A stretch of 64,000 nt of DNA from a virus: the IMG/VR virus record IMGVR_UViG_3300045988_098116, positions 19,627 to 83,626 of that record, one strand, 5' to 3'. The notes below the pieces were generated by a model, which ran no database searches, was not told where the DNA came from, and saw only the letters and a program-made list of their open reading frames with translations. The translations under genes were made by a program, and so were the position numbers. Positions 14,803 to 24,556 of the stretch are shown here, piece by piece. Positions within the stretch are counted from its first letter, which is position 1; the number at the start of each line of letters is the position of its first letter.

Positions 14803-15645
14803 TTATTCTTTGTGTACGCGCATACAGATGATGCCCGAGCCGCCGCTTCCGCCCGAGGTACTGTCGCTGGGAGAATAGGCGTAATTAAAACCACCGCCTC
14901 CGCCTCCACCAGTATTAGGAGTTCCGTCCCCAGCAGAACCACGGAATTTTGCACCATTGCCACCGCCGCCTGCGCCACCGGCTCCGGAGTCTGCATTATA
15001 TCCGTCGTCGTATGTAGCGCCACCGCCGCCGCCGCCGGAATACAATTTCCCGGTAGTCTCGCCAAACTCCCTTGTAGTTGTGCTCTGTCCGGTTCCGCCT
15101 GCGCCACCGCCATTGGCACCGGAAGCACCATCAGAACCACCGCCCCCGCCAGGTGCACGACTGGCACTATTCGCATAGCTGCCTCCACCACCGCCAGAGC
15201 CGCCGTTGCCACCTTCCCTGGTACTGGTTGATGCGTGTTTTCCACCCTCCGATGCTGTAAAAAACCCATCGGATCCAGTGATAGATGTTGTCCCTCCGTC
15301 TGTGGGGCTCGCTCCAGTTTTTGTCGACCCCCCTGTGCCACCAGCCCCAATAACTATGTTATAAGTGCCTTTTCGAAGTAGGGTATTCAAAACCGTCTTT
15401 GTGTAGCCTCCACCACCCCCACCGTTACATAAAGCTGATAGTTGGCCGTTTTGTGCGCCTCCACCGCCGCCGCCCACAAGAAACAGGTCCGTGTACACGT
15501 CCTTCTTGATGGTCAGCACGCCGGTAGACAAAAACTCCACAACGTTGTCCTCTGCGCGGCGGATGTACTGCCCGGAATACTCGAAATCAATATCCGGTGC
15601 TACACCACCCCCCCCCGCAATTTGCGATTTACCGATAATAACCAT
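14803..15645 (-). CDS. glycine-rich fibre-like paralog P1
   Basis: AAGGAGG RBS; MVIIGKSQIAGGGGVAPDIDFEYSG...TTREFGETTGKLYSGGGGGG...GGSGIICMRVHKE; contains an in-frame G9 tract at codons 10-13. Confidence 0.75.
   Translation of the reverse strand: MVIIGKSQIAGGGGVAPDIDFEYSGQYIRRAEDNVVEFLSTGVLTIKKDVYTDLFLVGGGGGGAQNGQLSALCNGGGGGGYTKTVLNTLLRKGTYNIVIGAGGTGGSTKTGASPTDGGTTSITGSDGFFTASEGGKHASTSTREGGNGGSGGGGGSYANSASRAPGGGGGSDGASGANGGGAGGTGQSTTTREFGETTGKLYSGGGGGGATYDDGYNADSGAGGAGGGGNGAKFRGSAGDGTPNTGGGGGGGFNYAYSPSDSTSGGSGGSGIICMRVHKE
15608..15616 (-). repeat. homopolymer G9 (C9 on + strand) inside the P1 5' end
   Basis: Counted directly in the sequence. Confidence 0.95.
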
Positions 15646-15647
15646 CG

Positions 15648-16046
15648 TTAGCTTACCTCCTTTACTTCGTACACCGTCACCTGAACGATCAGGTCAGCGG
15701 TGGGTTTCTCGCCCACAGCCACGGCGGTGAACGTCCCGTTCTCGTTCTTGATGTAGATGGCGTTGGTGCTGTCGTCCAACATCTGCTGGATGACCGTATC
15801 ATCCGCTTGGATGTCCACCTGTGTGGTGGCCGTGCCGCCTGTGATGCTTACCCCCTGGCTGTACGGGCTTGCGCTGCCTGTCCAGCCCGCCGCCGTCAGC
15901 GTCAGCGTCAGCTTGTCTATCTGCTCCTGCTTGTCCGGCACAGCGCCGCTCAGTTCCTCCACCTCGTTGCACAGCGCGTTCAGGTTCTCCGCGTTCAGTG
16001 CAGGCGGCGCACCGTTGTTCCATCCGGGGTTCTTGTAACCTGCCAT
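15648..16046 (-). CDS. hypothetical tail-fibre-associated protein
   Basis: 132-aa ORF, AAAGGAG RBS, between tail-tip protein and glycine-rich genes. Confidence 0.5.
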   Translation of the reverse strand: MAGYKNPGWNNGAPPALNAENLNALCNEVEELSGAVPDKQEQIDKLTLTLTAAGWTGSASPYSQGVSITGGTATTQVDIQADDTVIQQMLDDSTNAIYIKNENGTFTAVAVGEKPTADLIVQVTVYEVKEVS

Positions 16047-16070
16047 ATCGTCCCTCGCTCCTTTCGTCCG

Positions 16071-18149
16071 TCAATTTTTTGCTACGGTCCACAGGGCGTC
16101 GCCCTGCCGTATCAGTATCTGTGCGCCCTCCGCGCTCCCGGTCTCAGCCCACGGCACCGCGCAGATCAGCGCCTGCTGCCGCGTGTTGTCCTGCGTCTCG
16201 CAGGTGATCTCCGCGTTGACAAATACCCGCAGCACCTCGCCCTTTCGGTTTTTCAGGAATAAGGTGTTCTGCGTCAGCGCCAAAGCAAACAGCGCGTCCC
16301 GCTTCGCCAGCGTGTCGCTGTACTCCGCATTGGCGCCCACCTCGCCGATATAGCCGCTCAGCTCGCCGCTTTGGTACAGCTGCGGTACCATCTGTACCGT
16401 GGGGTATCGGGTGAAGTTTTCCAGCAGCGTCGGTCGGTTGTTGTTGCTCACCGTCCCGCTCTCCACGTTCAGGCTGAACCGGAATAGCTCCTCCACCCGG
16501 TATACGTTGTCGCCGTCCTCCGCGCAGGAGAGTATCGTCCAGTCCCACAAGCACACCGTCACCGGCTGGCTGGGCAGCGCCGTGGTCACAAAGGATCTCT
16601 CCCCCACGCCGAATACGTAGTAGGTGTACGTTCCCTGCGAGGCCGCCGCGCAGTCGATCACGCTGCGCTCCGCGTACCCTACGTCCGCCACGTGCACCAG
16701 CGACGCTGCGCCCTCCTCTCTGCGGTATACGGCCCAGCCCGTCAGCGGCTCCTCCGCCACGATGTTGCCGCCCCGCAGGTCTGTGGCGAAGTCCGCCAGC
16801 AGCAGCGTCCTGCCGCCGAACTCCGGTGTGTACCCCGCTGCGCTCATCAGTGCCGTCACCACCGTGTCCGTCAACTCGCCCTCCTCTATCCACAGGTAGT
16901 CGCACACCTGTGCGCCAACCAGCTTCACGTTCACCACGGTCATGTCCGCCATCACCGCGTCAGCCATGTATTTCAGCACCGAGAATTGGCTGGCCCGGGG
17001 GAATAACCGCACCGACGGTTCCAGACTCTCCGCCGGGAATAGTCCACGCTCATACCGCCGCCGCACATACAGTTTTCCGCCCGTCAGCGCCACCGTCAGC
17101 TCGTCCTCCGGGGCAAAGGCAGCGTCCACCCGGCCTATCTCCGCGCCGCCCTGCATAGCCCGCACCGCCGTTGTGCTCACCGTCACCGTCAGCGACTTTC
17201 CGTCCGCGCCGGTCAGGTTGAATAGCGTCGCCGGCAGCGCCTTGACCGTTCCCTTCCATACGATGCTTATGGGCGTCGTCAGCGCCATCGCTTCGCCCGT
17301 CACCGTGTCCCATGTCACCGTGGATCCGGTGCTCAGGTTCAGCTCCCCGTTTCGGATGGTGTATTCGCCCTCCGCCGTGCCCGGTATGTCGTAGGCGCCC
17401 GGCCACGACACCAGCACGCCGCTTTGCTTCCGCTTTACGCACGTCACCACCGCGCCGGTATAATTGCTGGCGCTGTATTGCACCGCGAACTGTACCCAGC
17501 CCGTGTCTGCCACCACGCCGTTGCTGGTCTCCACCCGGCACCGCACGGCGTATTCCTGCCCGGTGAATAAGCCGTCGTAGTAAAACGCCAGCTGTGCCGT
17601 CGCCACGTTGCCCGTGTCGTACAGCACGTCCTCCGTGTCCATTGCCGGTGCAATCTGCCACCGCGCCCAAATAATGGGGTCGCCCTGCGCCTGCGAATAG
17701 CTGGCCGTCCACGTCATCTCCTTCGCCGCCACCGGCTTCGTAAAGTCGTTGATGGTCAGCACCGGTGCGCTCCGGCACACGAATACCGATGCGCTCTGCT
17801 GCGTCACGCTGTCCGCGTCTGTCCACCACTGGGTGATGAGCAGCTTGTAGCTGTTTCCGTTGGTGATTCCCGCCGCAGCCAGCGCCGCCGCCGTGATCGT
17901 GTAGCTGAAAAACACCACATCGCCCTTGGCGTTTCGCCCGTAAAAGGGGCAGTTGTCCGTCCGTTTTCCCGAGTCGTACAGCTGTGCGCTCTCCGCCGTG
18001 TTGGCCAGAATTTTTATCTCAAACGCCGTCATGGCGTTCTGTCCGTCCACCTGCCAGGTCACGGTCATGTTTTGGCTTGCATCCACCGTCCCGTTGCCCA
18101 GCGCTCCCAGCGTGGAGGGCGTGATATTTGTAGGCATAAAAAGTGCCAT
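16071..18149 (-). CDS. large tail-tip/baseplate protein
   Basis: 692-aa ORF with strong RBS (GGAAGGAGGG); second large gene after the tape measure; beta-rich repeats. Confidence 0.6.
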   Translation of the reverse strand: MALFMPTNITPSTLGALGNGTVDASQNMTVTWQVDGQNAMTAFEIKILANTAESAQLYDSGKRTDNCPFYGRNAKGDVVFFSYTITAAALAAAGITNGNSYKLLITQWWTDADSVTQQSASVFVCRSAPVLTINDFTKPVAAKEMTWTASYSQAQGDPIIWARWQIAPAMDTEDVLYDTGNVATAQLAFYYDGLFTGQEYAVRCRVETSNGVVADTGWVQFAVQYSASNYTGAVVTCVKRKQSGVLVSWPGAYDIPGTAEGEYTIRNGELNLSTGSTVTWDTVTGEAMALTTPISIVWKGTVKALPATLFNLTGADGKSLTVTVSTTAVRAMQGGAEIGRVDAAFAPEDELTVALTGGKLYVRRRYERGLFPAESLEPSVRLFPRASQFSVLKYMADAVMADMTVVNVKLVGAQVCDYLWIEEGELTDTVVTALMSAAGYTPEFGGRTLLLADFATDLRGGNIVAEEPLTGWAVYRREEGAASLVHVADVGYAERSVIDCAAASQGTYTYYVFGVGERSFVTTALPSQPVTVCLWDWTILSCAEDGDNVYRVEELFRFSLNVESGTVSNNNRPTLLENFTRYPTVQMVPQLYQSGELSGYIGEVGANAEYSDTLAKRDALFALALTQNTLFLKNRKGEVLRVFVNAEITCETQDNTRQQALICAVPWAETGSAEGAQILIRQGDALWTVAKN

Positions 18150-18170
18150 ATCGTCCTTCCCTCCTTCCGT

Positions 18171-19445
18171 TTATGTCTTTGTCTCCGTTTTCAGCGGCCA
18201 CACCGTCACCGTCGCCACCGGGAAGTCCGCCACGCTGGTGGCGGATATGGTCATTTGCCCCTCTCCTGTCAGCGGGCGGGAAAAGCCGGTGATGAGATGC
18301 CGCTCCGTGGGGCTCCCCTGCTTGTCCCGGCGCACCAGCGTCACAAGCTCGTTCTCCTTAATGTGAAAGATCTGCCCGCAGCTGATGTCCACGCTCTTCT
18401 GCAGCACCGTGGACCGCTTTAGCTCCCACTCTGCCCTGTCCCGGCACATGGTCTCCGTTGCGTAGCCGCTCTCCTCCGCCCACACCGTCTTGCGGCCTAT
18501 CAGCTGCACGTTGGTATCGCTCATGGGGTCGTTGTTGGTGGCTCTCGCCCCCGGCTGGCTGTTGTCGTCCAGCGCCGCCCCCAGCACGATGTAGTCGTTG
18601 TACACCTCGGTGTTTTGCGCCGTGTATGTCATGCCCAGCAGCGTCGCCTCCCCCATCGAGAAGGCGTAGCTGACGGGCTTTTCACTGTCCAGCAGGTCGT
18701 CCTGGCTGGGGTCTATCCGCAGCCGTCCCGTGGCGTCGTAGCCGATCCATGCGTTCAGCATCTCCGCAAAGCCCAGTATCACCTCCGCGTATGTGCCGCT
18801 TCCCGGATCCACCTCCAGCGTGTACGGCGCGTCCACCAGGTTTACTTCCGTGCCGTCCGTCAGCTTCTGCTTCTTGCCGTTGTAATACTCCGTGTACACC
18901 GGGGGGATGGGGTCCACCTTCCGCCCGTTTCCCTTGTCGTCCTGCAGCAGGGCGTTGATCTGCTGAAAGATGTTCACGTTCAGCTTTCCCTTATAGGTGC
19001 CCTCCAGCTTGCCCCACAGCGTCCCGTCCAGATTGGCCCACTTGTCCACCAGCTCGTACTGCATCAGCCGCCGTCCCGGCTCCACCGTTTCCTGCGGACT
19101 CTGTATCAGGAAAACGCCCTGCTGTATGTAGTAGTCCTCGCCGTTTGGCAGCACCAGCCCCTCGTCCAGCGCGATCTCCTGCCCGAACCACAGGTGGTTT
19201 ACGTTGTAGTCGAACGCGCCGTCCACGTTCCCCAGCATCACACTGGCCGTTCGCCTTACCCCGTTTTGCAAATTCACCGTCAGCGCCCCGTCCGCAACAA
19301 AGGCGCCGCTGTGCTTATTTCGCGGGTTATTGTCCACGAAGAACGCCGTGCTCCCGTCCGGGTTCAGAAAGCGCAGCCGGCACAGCTTCTGAAACCGGCC
19401 CTTCAGCGCTCTCAGGTACGCCAGATATTTCTCCTGCTCCGTCAT
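18171..19445 (-). CDS. distal tail/baseplate hub-like protein
   Basis: 424-aa ORF, GGAGGG RBS, first large gene downstream of the tape measure. Confidence 0.55.
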   Translation of the reverse strand: MTEQEKYLAYLRALKGRFQKLCRLRFLNPDGSTAFFVDNNPRNKHSGAFVADGALTVNLQNGVRRTASVMLGNVDGAFDYNVNHLWFGQEIALDEGLVLPNGEDYYIQQGVFLIQSPQETVEPGRRLMQYELVDKWANLDGTLWGKLEGTYKGKLNVNIFQQINALLQDDKGNGRKVDPIPPVYTEYYNGKKQKLTDGTEVNLVDAPYTLEVDPGSGTYAEVILGFAEMLNAWIGYDATGRLRIDPSQDDLLDSEKPVSYAFSMGEATLLGMTYTAQNTEVYNDYIVLGAALDDNSQPGARATNNDPMSDTNVQLIGRKTVWAEESGYATETMCRDRAEWELKRSTVLQKSVDISCGQIFHIKENELVTLVRRDKQGSPTERHLITGFSRPLTGEGQMTISATSVADFPVATVTVWPLKTETKT

Positions 19446-19461
19446 GGCACGTGCCCTCCGT

Positions 19462-19665
19462 TCAGCTGCGCTTACGCTTCTTCCTGTCCTCCGCCGCCGT
19501 CAGCGCGTCGCACTCCTCGTCCGTGGCCGCCCTGATCTTCCGTATATCCGGGTTTCCCTTGCGGTACTGGCTTTCACGGGTGATGTAGTACCGTCCCGTG
19601 ATGCCCGTTATCGGTATTTCTCTGCCGCTTTTCATCACCAGGATGTGCCGTGTCTTTTTCGCCAT
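19462..19665 (-). CDS. hypothetical protein
   Basis: 67-aa ORF from internal ATG (MAKKTRHILVMKSG...). Confidence 0.4.
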   Translation of the reverse strand: MAKKTRHILVMKSGREIPITGITGRYYITRESQYRKGNPDIRKIRAATDEECDALTAAEDRKKRKRS

Positions 19666-19682
19666 AGTCCAGCCGTCCTTTC

Positions 19683-19988
19683 TCACATATTCCGTCCGTC
19701 CGCATACATGAAAACCATGTGGTTCCCTGCGTTCTTCCCCTCGCCGAATACCAGCACCACCACCTGCGCCCCCACCGGGGCCGCCGCCATCGTGCTCACA
19801 TAGGGGAGAAAGCTCTCCGTTTCGTCAAAGGGGCGTTTTACGCCGATTTTCCCGTCTGCCGCCGCGGTCGTCACCTGCGCCCGGTACTGCCGTACCATAT
19901 CCGTCTGCGTCTCCCGTACCCGCCGCACATAAAAGTTGTCCCACAACCGCTTTGCCAGCTCCGCCAGCGTCTTTGCGTTCTCGTCCAT
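19683..19988 (-). CDS. hypothetical tail protein
   Basis: 101-aa ORF directly downstream of the tape measure. Confidence 0.5.
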   Translation of the reverse strand: MDENAKTLAELAKRLWDNFYVRRVRETQTDMVRQYRAQVTTAAADGKIGVKRPFDETESFLPYVSTMAAAPVGAQVVVLVFGEGKNAGNHMVFMYADGRNM

Positions 19989-19992
19989 GCTT

Positions 19993-22900
19993 TTATCCTC
20001 CGTAGGGCTTCACGTTGTGCGCCATCCGGCACATCTGCGCCACCGTCAGGTGCTCCGCCTGCTGCTCCGTCAGCGTGATGCCCTTCACGTTGTAGGTGGG
20101 CCCGCTGTGGTCGCTGTAGCTGCGGTTATCGCTGTCCCCCGCCACGCTGCGGCTCACCGGCGTTTCGCCGTACAATCCGCCCAGCTCGTTCACCCTGGCC
20201 CTGAACCGCGCATCCGCCGACGGCTTCAGCATCTTCGCCGTCACGTCGGGCGGCAGCACCATCTCGTCGTCCACCGTGGCCTTTATGCCGCCCAGCCCGT
20301 GCAGCACACCGCCGCTGTCGTACTTTTTCTTCCGTCCCCCGCTGACGGCGCCGATAATGCTTCCTGACACGACGCTGGATTTGCCTACCGATCCGCCTAT
20401 CGCCCCGGCGATCACTCCCGACAGGGCGCTGTCCGCCGCTGGGGATTTCTCACTTCCGCCGCCCAACGCTCCTGCCGCAGCGCCGCCCACGGCACCCGCA
20501 GCGGCTGCCGCCCGCGCTGCCGCGATTTTGGCCGCCGCCTTCTCATTGGCCGCTACTTCGTCCTCCAGTATTATTTTTTCCTGCTCAACCGTCTCTCTCA
20601 GCGCGTTGATGTATTCCTCCAGCGCGTCAATTTTCAGCTGGTACGCCGCCTCGATGGCCTTCTTCCTCGCCTCCAGCTCCTCAATGGCGAGGTCCAGTTC
20701 CATCTCCCTCTCATAGTCCCGCAGGTCCTTCTTCGCGTCCGCAAGGTCCTCCTCGGCCTGCTTCACCTTCTCCGGGTCCGCGATCCACTCCCACTGCCCG
20801 GACTCGGCGTTGTACATCCGCACCGTGCGCTCGTTCCGGGCGTTCAGCAGCGCGTCCTGCTTCCGCATGACCTCCAGCCGCAGCTCCTCCAGCTTCTCGG
20901 CCCGGTCTATCTCCTCGTTCTGCTTCTTCAAGGCATTGATTTGCGCGTCTATGGCCGCCAGCTCCGCGTCCCGCTGCTTTTCCAGCGCGTCGATCTCGTC
21001 CTGATACTTCTTTTTCGCCGCGCTGCTGCCGGAGGACCCGCCGCCGTAGCCACCACCGCCAGACGTCACTTTGCTCGTCGTATTGCCAATAGACCAAGAC
21101 AAATACCGTTGCATCTCAGACAGGTACTTGGCCTCAGCTTGCTTGCGGCCCATTCCCTGCTGCATATACGCCTGAATCGTGCGTTCACGATTTCGCACTT
21201 GGTCGGCAGAACTCATGTTCGTGCCAAACACGGCATTCATCTGGGCGGCGGTAAGCCCCGCTTGATAACCAAGGGCTTGCAGGGCGGCAATCTGCTGACT
21301 GAAATTTAGGTTTGTCTTGCTTGCCGTGATCTGTGCCGCCACCAGGTCGTACAGCGCTTTACCCGTATACCCTGCCTGCTGTGCCTCGGCCAGCAGTCCA
21401 TTTACCACCCTTTGCGATTCGGCTTGCTGCCTGACCTCGGCCGACATCAAATTCTCAAGAGCCGTCTTTTGGATAATGTACCCATCAGCCGTCTGTGTCG
21501 CCGCAGACGCCAGTTGCGGGTATAGGCTGATTAGCCGCTGATACTCGCTTTCTGTAAGCGCGGTAGATTGCGCCACCTTGTTGTATGCCTCAACAAGCAG
21601 CTCTTGGCCATTGACCGCACGGTCAAACGCCTGTTGCAGTTCCTCATAGGCCGCAATCATATTTTTCTGCTCGTCGGTCAGCGATTCGCCATTCGCCTCG
21701 AGTACGCGCAGCCATTCGACCTGTGTGGCAATTTCGGCGTTCATGCTGTCAAAATGCGCACGTTGCTCGTCGGCTATTTCACCTGTTTTATCAAGCTGAT
21801 TGGCAAACGCCTTCAACTGCTCTGTCGCAACCTTATACGCATTTTCGCCAGACCGCGTAATCTCGGTGGTTACAGTGACCGGAGTTACTGTGCCAACAAA
21901 TTCTTCCTCTGTCTTATATTCGCCAGTATGGAATATGAAGTTGTCGCCCGTTTCCTTGTCGGCCTTTTTCTTGCGCTCCTCATCAAGCAAATCAAGTTGC
22001 TTTTCAAGCTCCTCATTTTCTTTTTCAAGAGCGGCCTTTTCATTTAAGATTTCGCTTGTCCGCTCGTTCCACGGCATTGCGTTGATTTCTTCCAGCCGAG
22101 TCTTGTTGGTTTGAAGCTTGTCGTTGGCATCCGCGATCTCTGCATCAAAATCGGCGATAGACTTTTGCGACGCCTTCACAACTTCCAGCACAACCCCTAT
22201 TGCCGCGCCCGCGGCCATAATGCCCAGCACCCACGGGTTCAGCGATCCCAAGCTAAGTGCCGTCGCCGCTTTTTTTATGGCGTTGATCGCCGCAACGACA
22301 CCTACCAGTGCTGCAGACACAGCACCCGCCGTCACCACAGCACGCCCGAAGTCCGTGTCCAGCATCTCCACCAGCCCGATCACGCCGTCCAGCGCACCCT
22401 TTATGGTGTCCGTCTCCACCAGGTGGCTCACAAACTCCGTCCAGCTTGCGGTGAGCTGCTTGCTCTTGGCCTCCCAGCTGTCCAAATAGATCTCGTTTTC
22501 TCTCAACGCAGAACCCGCGCCGTCGGCGTAGTCCTGCATCATTTTTTCAACAGTGTCCCAGTTGCCCATCAGGGCGGTCAGGATGTTGGCCTGTCGCTTT
22601 CCAGCCAGCGCCTCGGCTATCGCCGACTGCGCCACCGTGTCCAGCGTGTCCCACTTCCCTGCAAGGTCACTCAACACCGCAGAGGACTCGCGGAGCTGCC
22701 CGTTCGCCATCGTGCTGATACCGGCGTACTCTCGCAGGGCATTGGACGCCTTTGCGATGCTCTCTCCGTCTATCAGCTCTCCGTCCTCGGTCTCGCCCTT
22801 GATCTGGCGAATGTTCATCACGATGGTACGCAGGCCGCGGGATATCTCCGAGCCGCTGCGCTGCGTGGCCGCAACACCTGCGCCCACCAGTGCAGAGAAC

Positions 22901-24123
22901 GTCTGCACGGACTCACCGGCCTCCGCAAACACGCTGCCCGCCACGGTGATACCGCTGGTCAGCGCTTCCATGTCCACGGCGTTTTTGTTGGTGATCTCGT
23001 TCAGGCCGTCCATGACGGTCATCAATTCGCTTTCGCTGCCGTTCAGTTTCCACGCCGCGTCTACCGCAAGCAGGAACTTTGCGGCGGTGTCCTGCGAAAT
23101 ATCACCGATGTTTGCCAGCAGAGTGCCCAGCTCCGCCATGCTGTCCAACTGGTCATCCAGATAACCCGCACGAGCGAAGGTGGTGTACATGGCGGTTATC
23201 TCATCCGCCGTCCTGCCGTATGCGCTGGCGAGACTGTAAGCGTTCTCCTCCAGCTCCTTCATCTGCGTGTTGGAGTAGTCCGTGACCTTCTGCACGTTGA
23301 CCATTTCCGTATCAACGTCCTTGAGGGTATTTATCGCCTCGCGAAAAGATCCAATCACCTTGGAGATCATGTCGCCGAATATCTGCCACGCGGCCATTTT
23401 CAGCAGGACTCTGCCAATACTGTCGCCCAGCAGCGAGTTTTTCTTCGCCGCATCCACCGCGCCGTTAGCCAGTTTGTACACTTCGCCGGTGCTCTCATTG
23501 ATGGCAAAGGTGAAGTTGTCAGTCGTGCCTTTGGCTCCGTTTACCGCCGCAGAATAGGTCTGGAATACGCCCGCCGCGTTCCGCACGTTGCCGGTCGCTT
23601 TGACCGTTGCGCCGGACATTCCATCCAGCGAAGCTATCCACTCCTTGGCCTCCGCCGCATTGCCGCTGAACGTTCCGATGTTGGTTCCCATTGAACCGAG
23701 AACGTTCTGTATCTTCTGCGCTTCCGCTGCGGCTCTGTTCGCTTCAGCGTCCTGCGCTTTCTGTGCCGCCTCCTGTGCTTTTGCCTGTACCTGTGCGGCA
23801 CGTTCAGCAGCCTTCGCCACCTTTTCGTAGTTCTGGGTGACTTTCTCCTGCGTGACTTCCAGATTTCCGGTTTCCTTGTTCAGCCGCCGCGTAACCTGTA
23901 CCGTTTCGCCAAGTTTGCTGTTGTACTGCTGCACAGCTCCCGTCAGCTGTCCGCCACCATCGAAGGTCTGCGTCATCTTGGAGAGGTTTTGCGATGTGGC
24001 TTTTATCTTTGCTATGACCGGCGTAGTGTCTATGTCGATCTTTATGGGTGTAGACTCCAGCCCGGAGATCGCGCTTTTCAGTTCAGTAAAGTCGGGCTTT
24101 GCCGTTACCTTAAAAATCGCCAT
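19993..24123 (-). CDS. tail tape measure protein
   Basis: 1376 aa. Ala/Gln/Glu-rich coiled coils. Conserved TMP core (GRVLLKMAAWQIFGDMISKV...TSGITVAGSVFAEAGES...ISRGLRTIVMNI). Internal hydrophobic segments. Confidence 0.9.
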   Translation of the reverse strand: MAIFKVTAKPDFTELKSAISGLESTPIKIDIDTTPVIAKIKATSQNLSKMTQTFDGGGQLTGAVQQYNSKLGETVQVTRRLNKETGNLEVTQEKVTQNYEKVAKAAERAAQVQAKAQEAAQKAQDAEANRAAAEAQKIQNVLGSMGTNIGTFSGNAAEAKEWIASLDGMSGATVKATGNVRNAAGVFQTYSAAVNGAKGTTDNFTFAINESTGEVYKLANGAVDAAKKNSLLGDSIGRVLLKMAAWQIFGDMISKVIGSFREAINTLKDVDTEMVNVQKVTDYSNTQMKELEENAYSLASAYGRTADEITAMYTTFARAGYLDDQLDSMAELGTLLANIGDISQDTAAKFLLAVDAAWKLNGSESELMTVMDGLNEITNKNAVDMEALTSGITVAGSVFAEAGESVQTFSALVGAGVAATQRSGSEISRGLRTIVMNIRQIKGETEDGELIDGESIAKASNALREYAGISTMANGQLRESSAVLSDLAGKWDTLDTVAQSAIAEALAGKRQANILTALMGNWDTVEKMMQDYADGAGSALRENEIYLDSWEAKSKQLTASWTEFVSHLVETDTIKGALDGVIGLVEMLDTDFGRAVVTAGAVSAALVGVVAAINAIKKAATALSLGSLNPWVLGIMAAGAAIGVVLEVVKASQKSIADFDAEIADANDKLQTNKTRLEEINAMPWNERTSEILNEKAALEKENEELEKQLDLLDEERKKKADKETGDNFIFHTGEYKTEEEFVGTVTPVTVTTEITRSGENAYKVATEQLKAFANQLDKTGEIADEQRAHFDSMNAEIATQVEWLRVLEANGESLTDEQKNMIAAYEELQQAFDRAVNGQELLVEAYNKVAQSTALTESEYQRLISLYPQLASAATQTADGYIIQKTALENLMSAEVRQQAESQRVVNGLLAEAQQAGYTGKALYDLVAAQITASKTNLNFSQQIAALQALGYQAGLTAAQMNAVFGTNMSSADQVRNRERTIQAYMQQGMGRKQAEAKYLSEMQRYLSWSIGNTTSKVTSGGGGYGGGSSGSSAAKKKYQDEIDALEKQRDAELAAIDAQINALKKQNEEIDRAEKLEELRLEVMRKQDALLNARNERTVRMYNAESGQWEWIADPEKVKQAEEDLADAKKDLRDYEREMELDLAIEELEARKKAIEAAYQLKIDALEEYINALRETVEQEKIILEDEVAANEKAAAKIAAARAAAAAGAVGGAAAGALGGGSEKSPAADSALSGVIAGAIGGSVGKSSVVSGSIIGAVSGGRKKKYDSGGVLHGLGGIKATVDDEMVLPPDVTAKMLKPSADARFRARVNELGGLYGETPVSRSVAGDSDNRSYSDHSGPTYNVKGITLTEQQAEHLTVAQMCRMAHNVKPYGG

Positions 24124-24142
24124 ACGCTACCTCCGTTTTGTC

Positions 24143-24171
24143 TTGCATTGTCTTTATATTTGTGGTATAAT
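24143..24171 (+). promoter_or_regulatory. near-consensus sigma70 promoter driving the opposite-strand cassette
   Basis: TTGCAT (24143-24148), 17-nt spacer ending in TGG (extended -10), TATAAT (24166-24171). Confidence 0.7.
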
Positions 24172-24195
24172 TTCAGGTGAAAGGAAGTGATTTTT

Positions 24196-24339
24196 GTGTC
24201 TGAGAAAACCGAGTCTTACACGTTCCGCATCCCCTCTGACTTGCGGGAGAAATTGGAACTCCGCGCCGCTAATGAGGGGCGTTCCCTGTCTAACCTCATC
24301 ATCTTCCTGTTGAAAAAATCCGTTGCCGCAAAGGGGTGA
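24196..24339 (+). CDS. ribbon-helix-helix (Arc/CopG-like) protein, 47 aa
   Basis: GTG start after GGAAG; SYTFRIPSDLREKLELRAANEGRSLSNLIIFLLKKS is a typical RHH pattern; below ORF-track cutoff. Confidence 0.55.
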   Translation: MSEKTESYTFRIPSDLREKLELRAANEGRSLSNLIIFLLKKSVAAKG

Positions 24340-24343
24340 TCTC

Positions 24344-24556
24344 ATGGATTTCTTTGAAAGCATGGCCTTGTCTGGCGGCGATCCCGCGGTGGCTGCCGGT
24401 ATGCACACAGCCGCCAATTCATCTCCCGAACGTCCTGCACCCGCTGGGCGCCGCGGTCCTCCGCCTCCCGGTGTGACAATTCCCCCGAACGCCTACGCCA
24501 TTTACTCTCGTTCCGGGAAGTATCTCGGCTGGGCTTACCATGAGGAGAAACTATGA
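24344..24556 (+). CDS. hypothetical Pro/Ala-rich small protein
   Basis: 70-aa ORF whose stop overlaps the GIY-YIG start (ATGA). Confidence 0.4.
   Translation: MDFFESMALSGGDPAVAAGMHTAANSSPERPAPAGRRGPPPPGVTIPPNAYAIYSRSGKYLGWAYHEEKL

Noticed and set aside
12531-19445. Diversity-generating retroelement acting on the fibre genes
   Set aside because: No reverse transcriptase ORF (no YxDD-containing RT-like protein) and no template/variable repeat pair with A-specific mismatches was seen anywhere in the window. The similarity among P1-P3 is ordinary paralogy.
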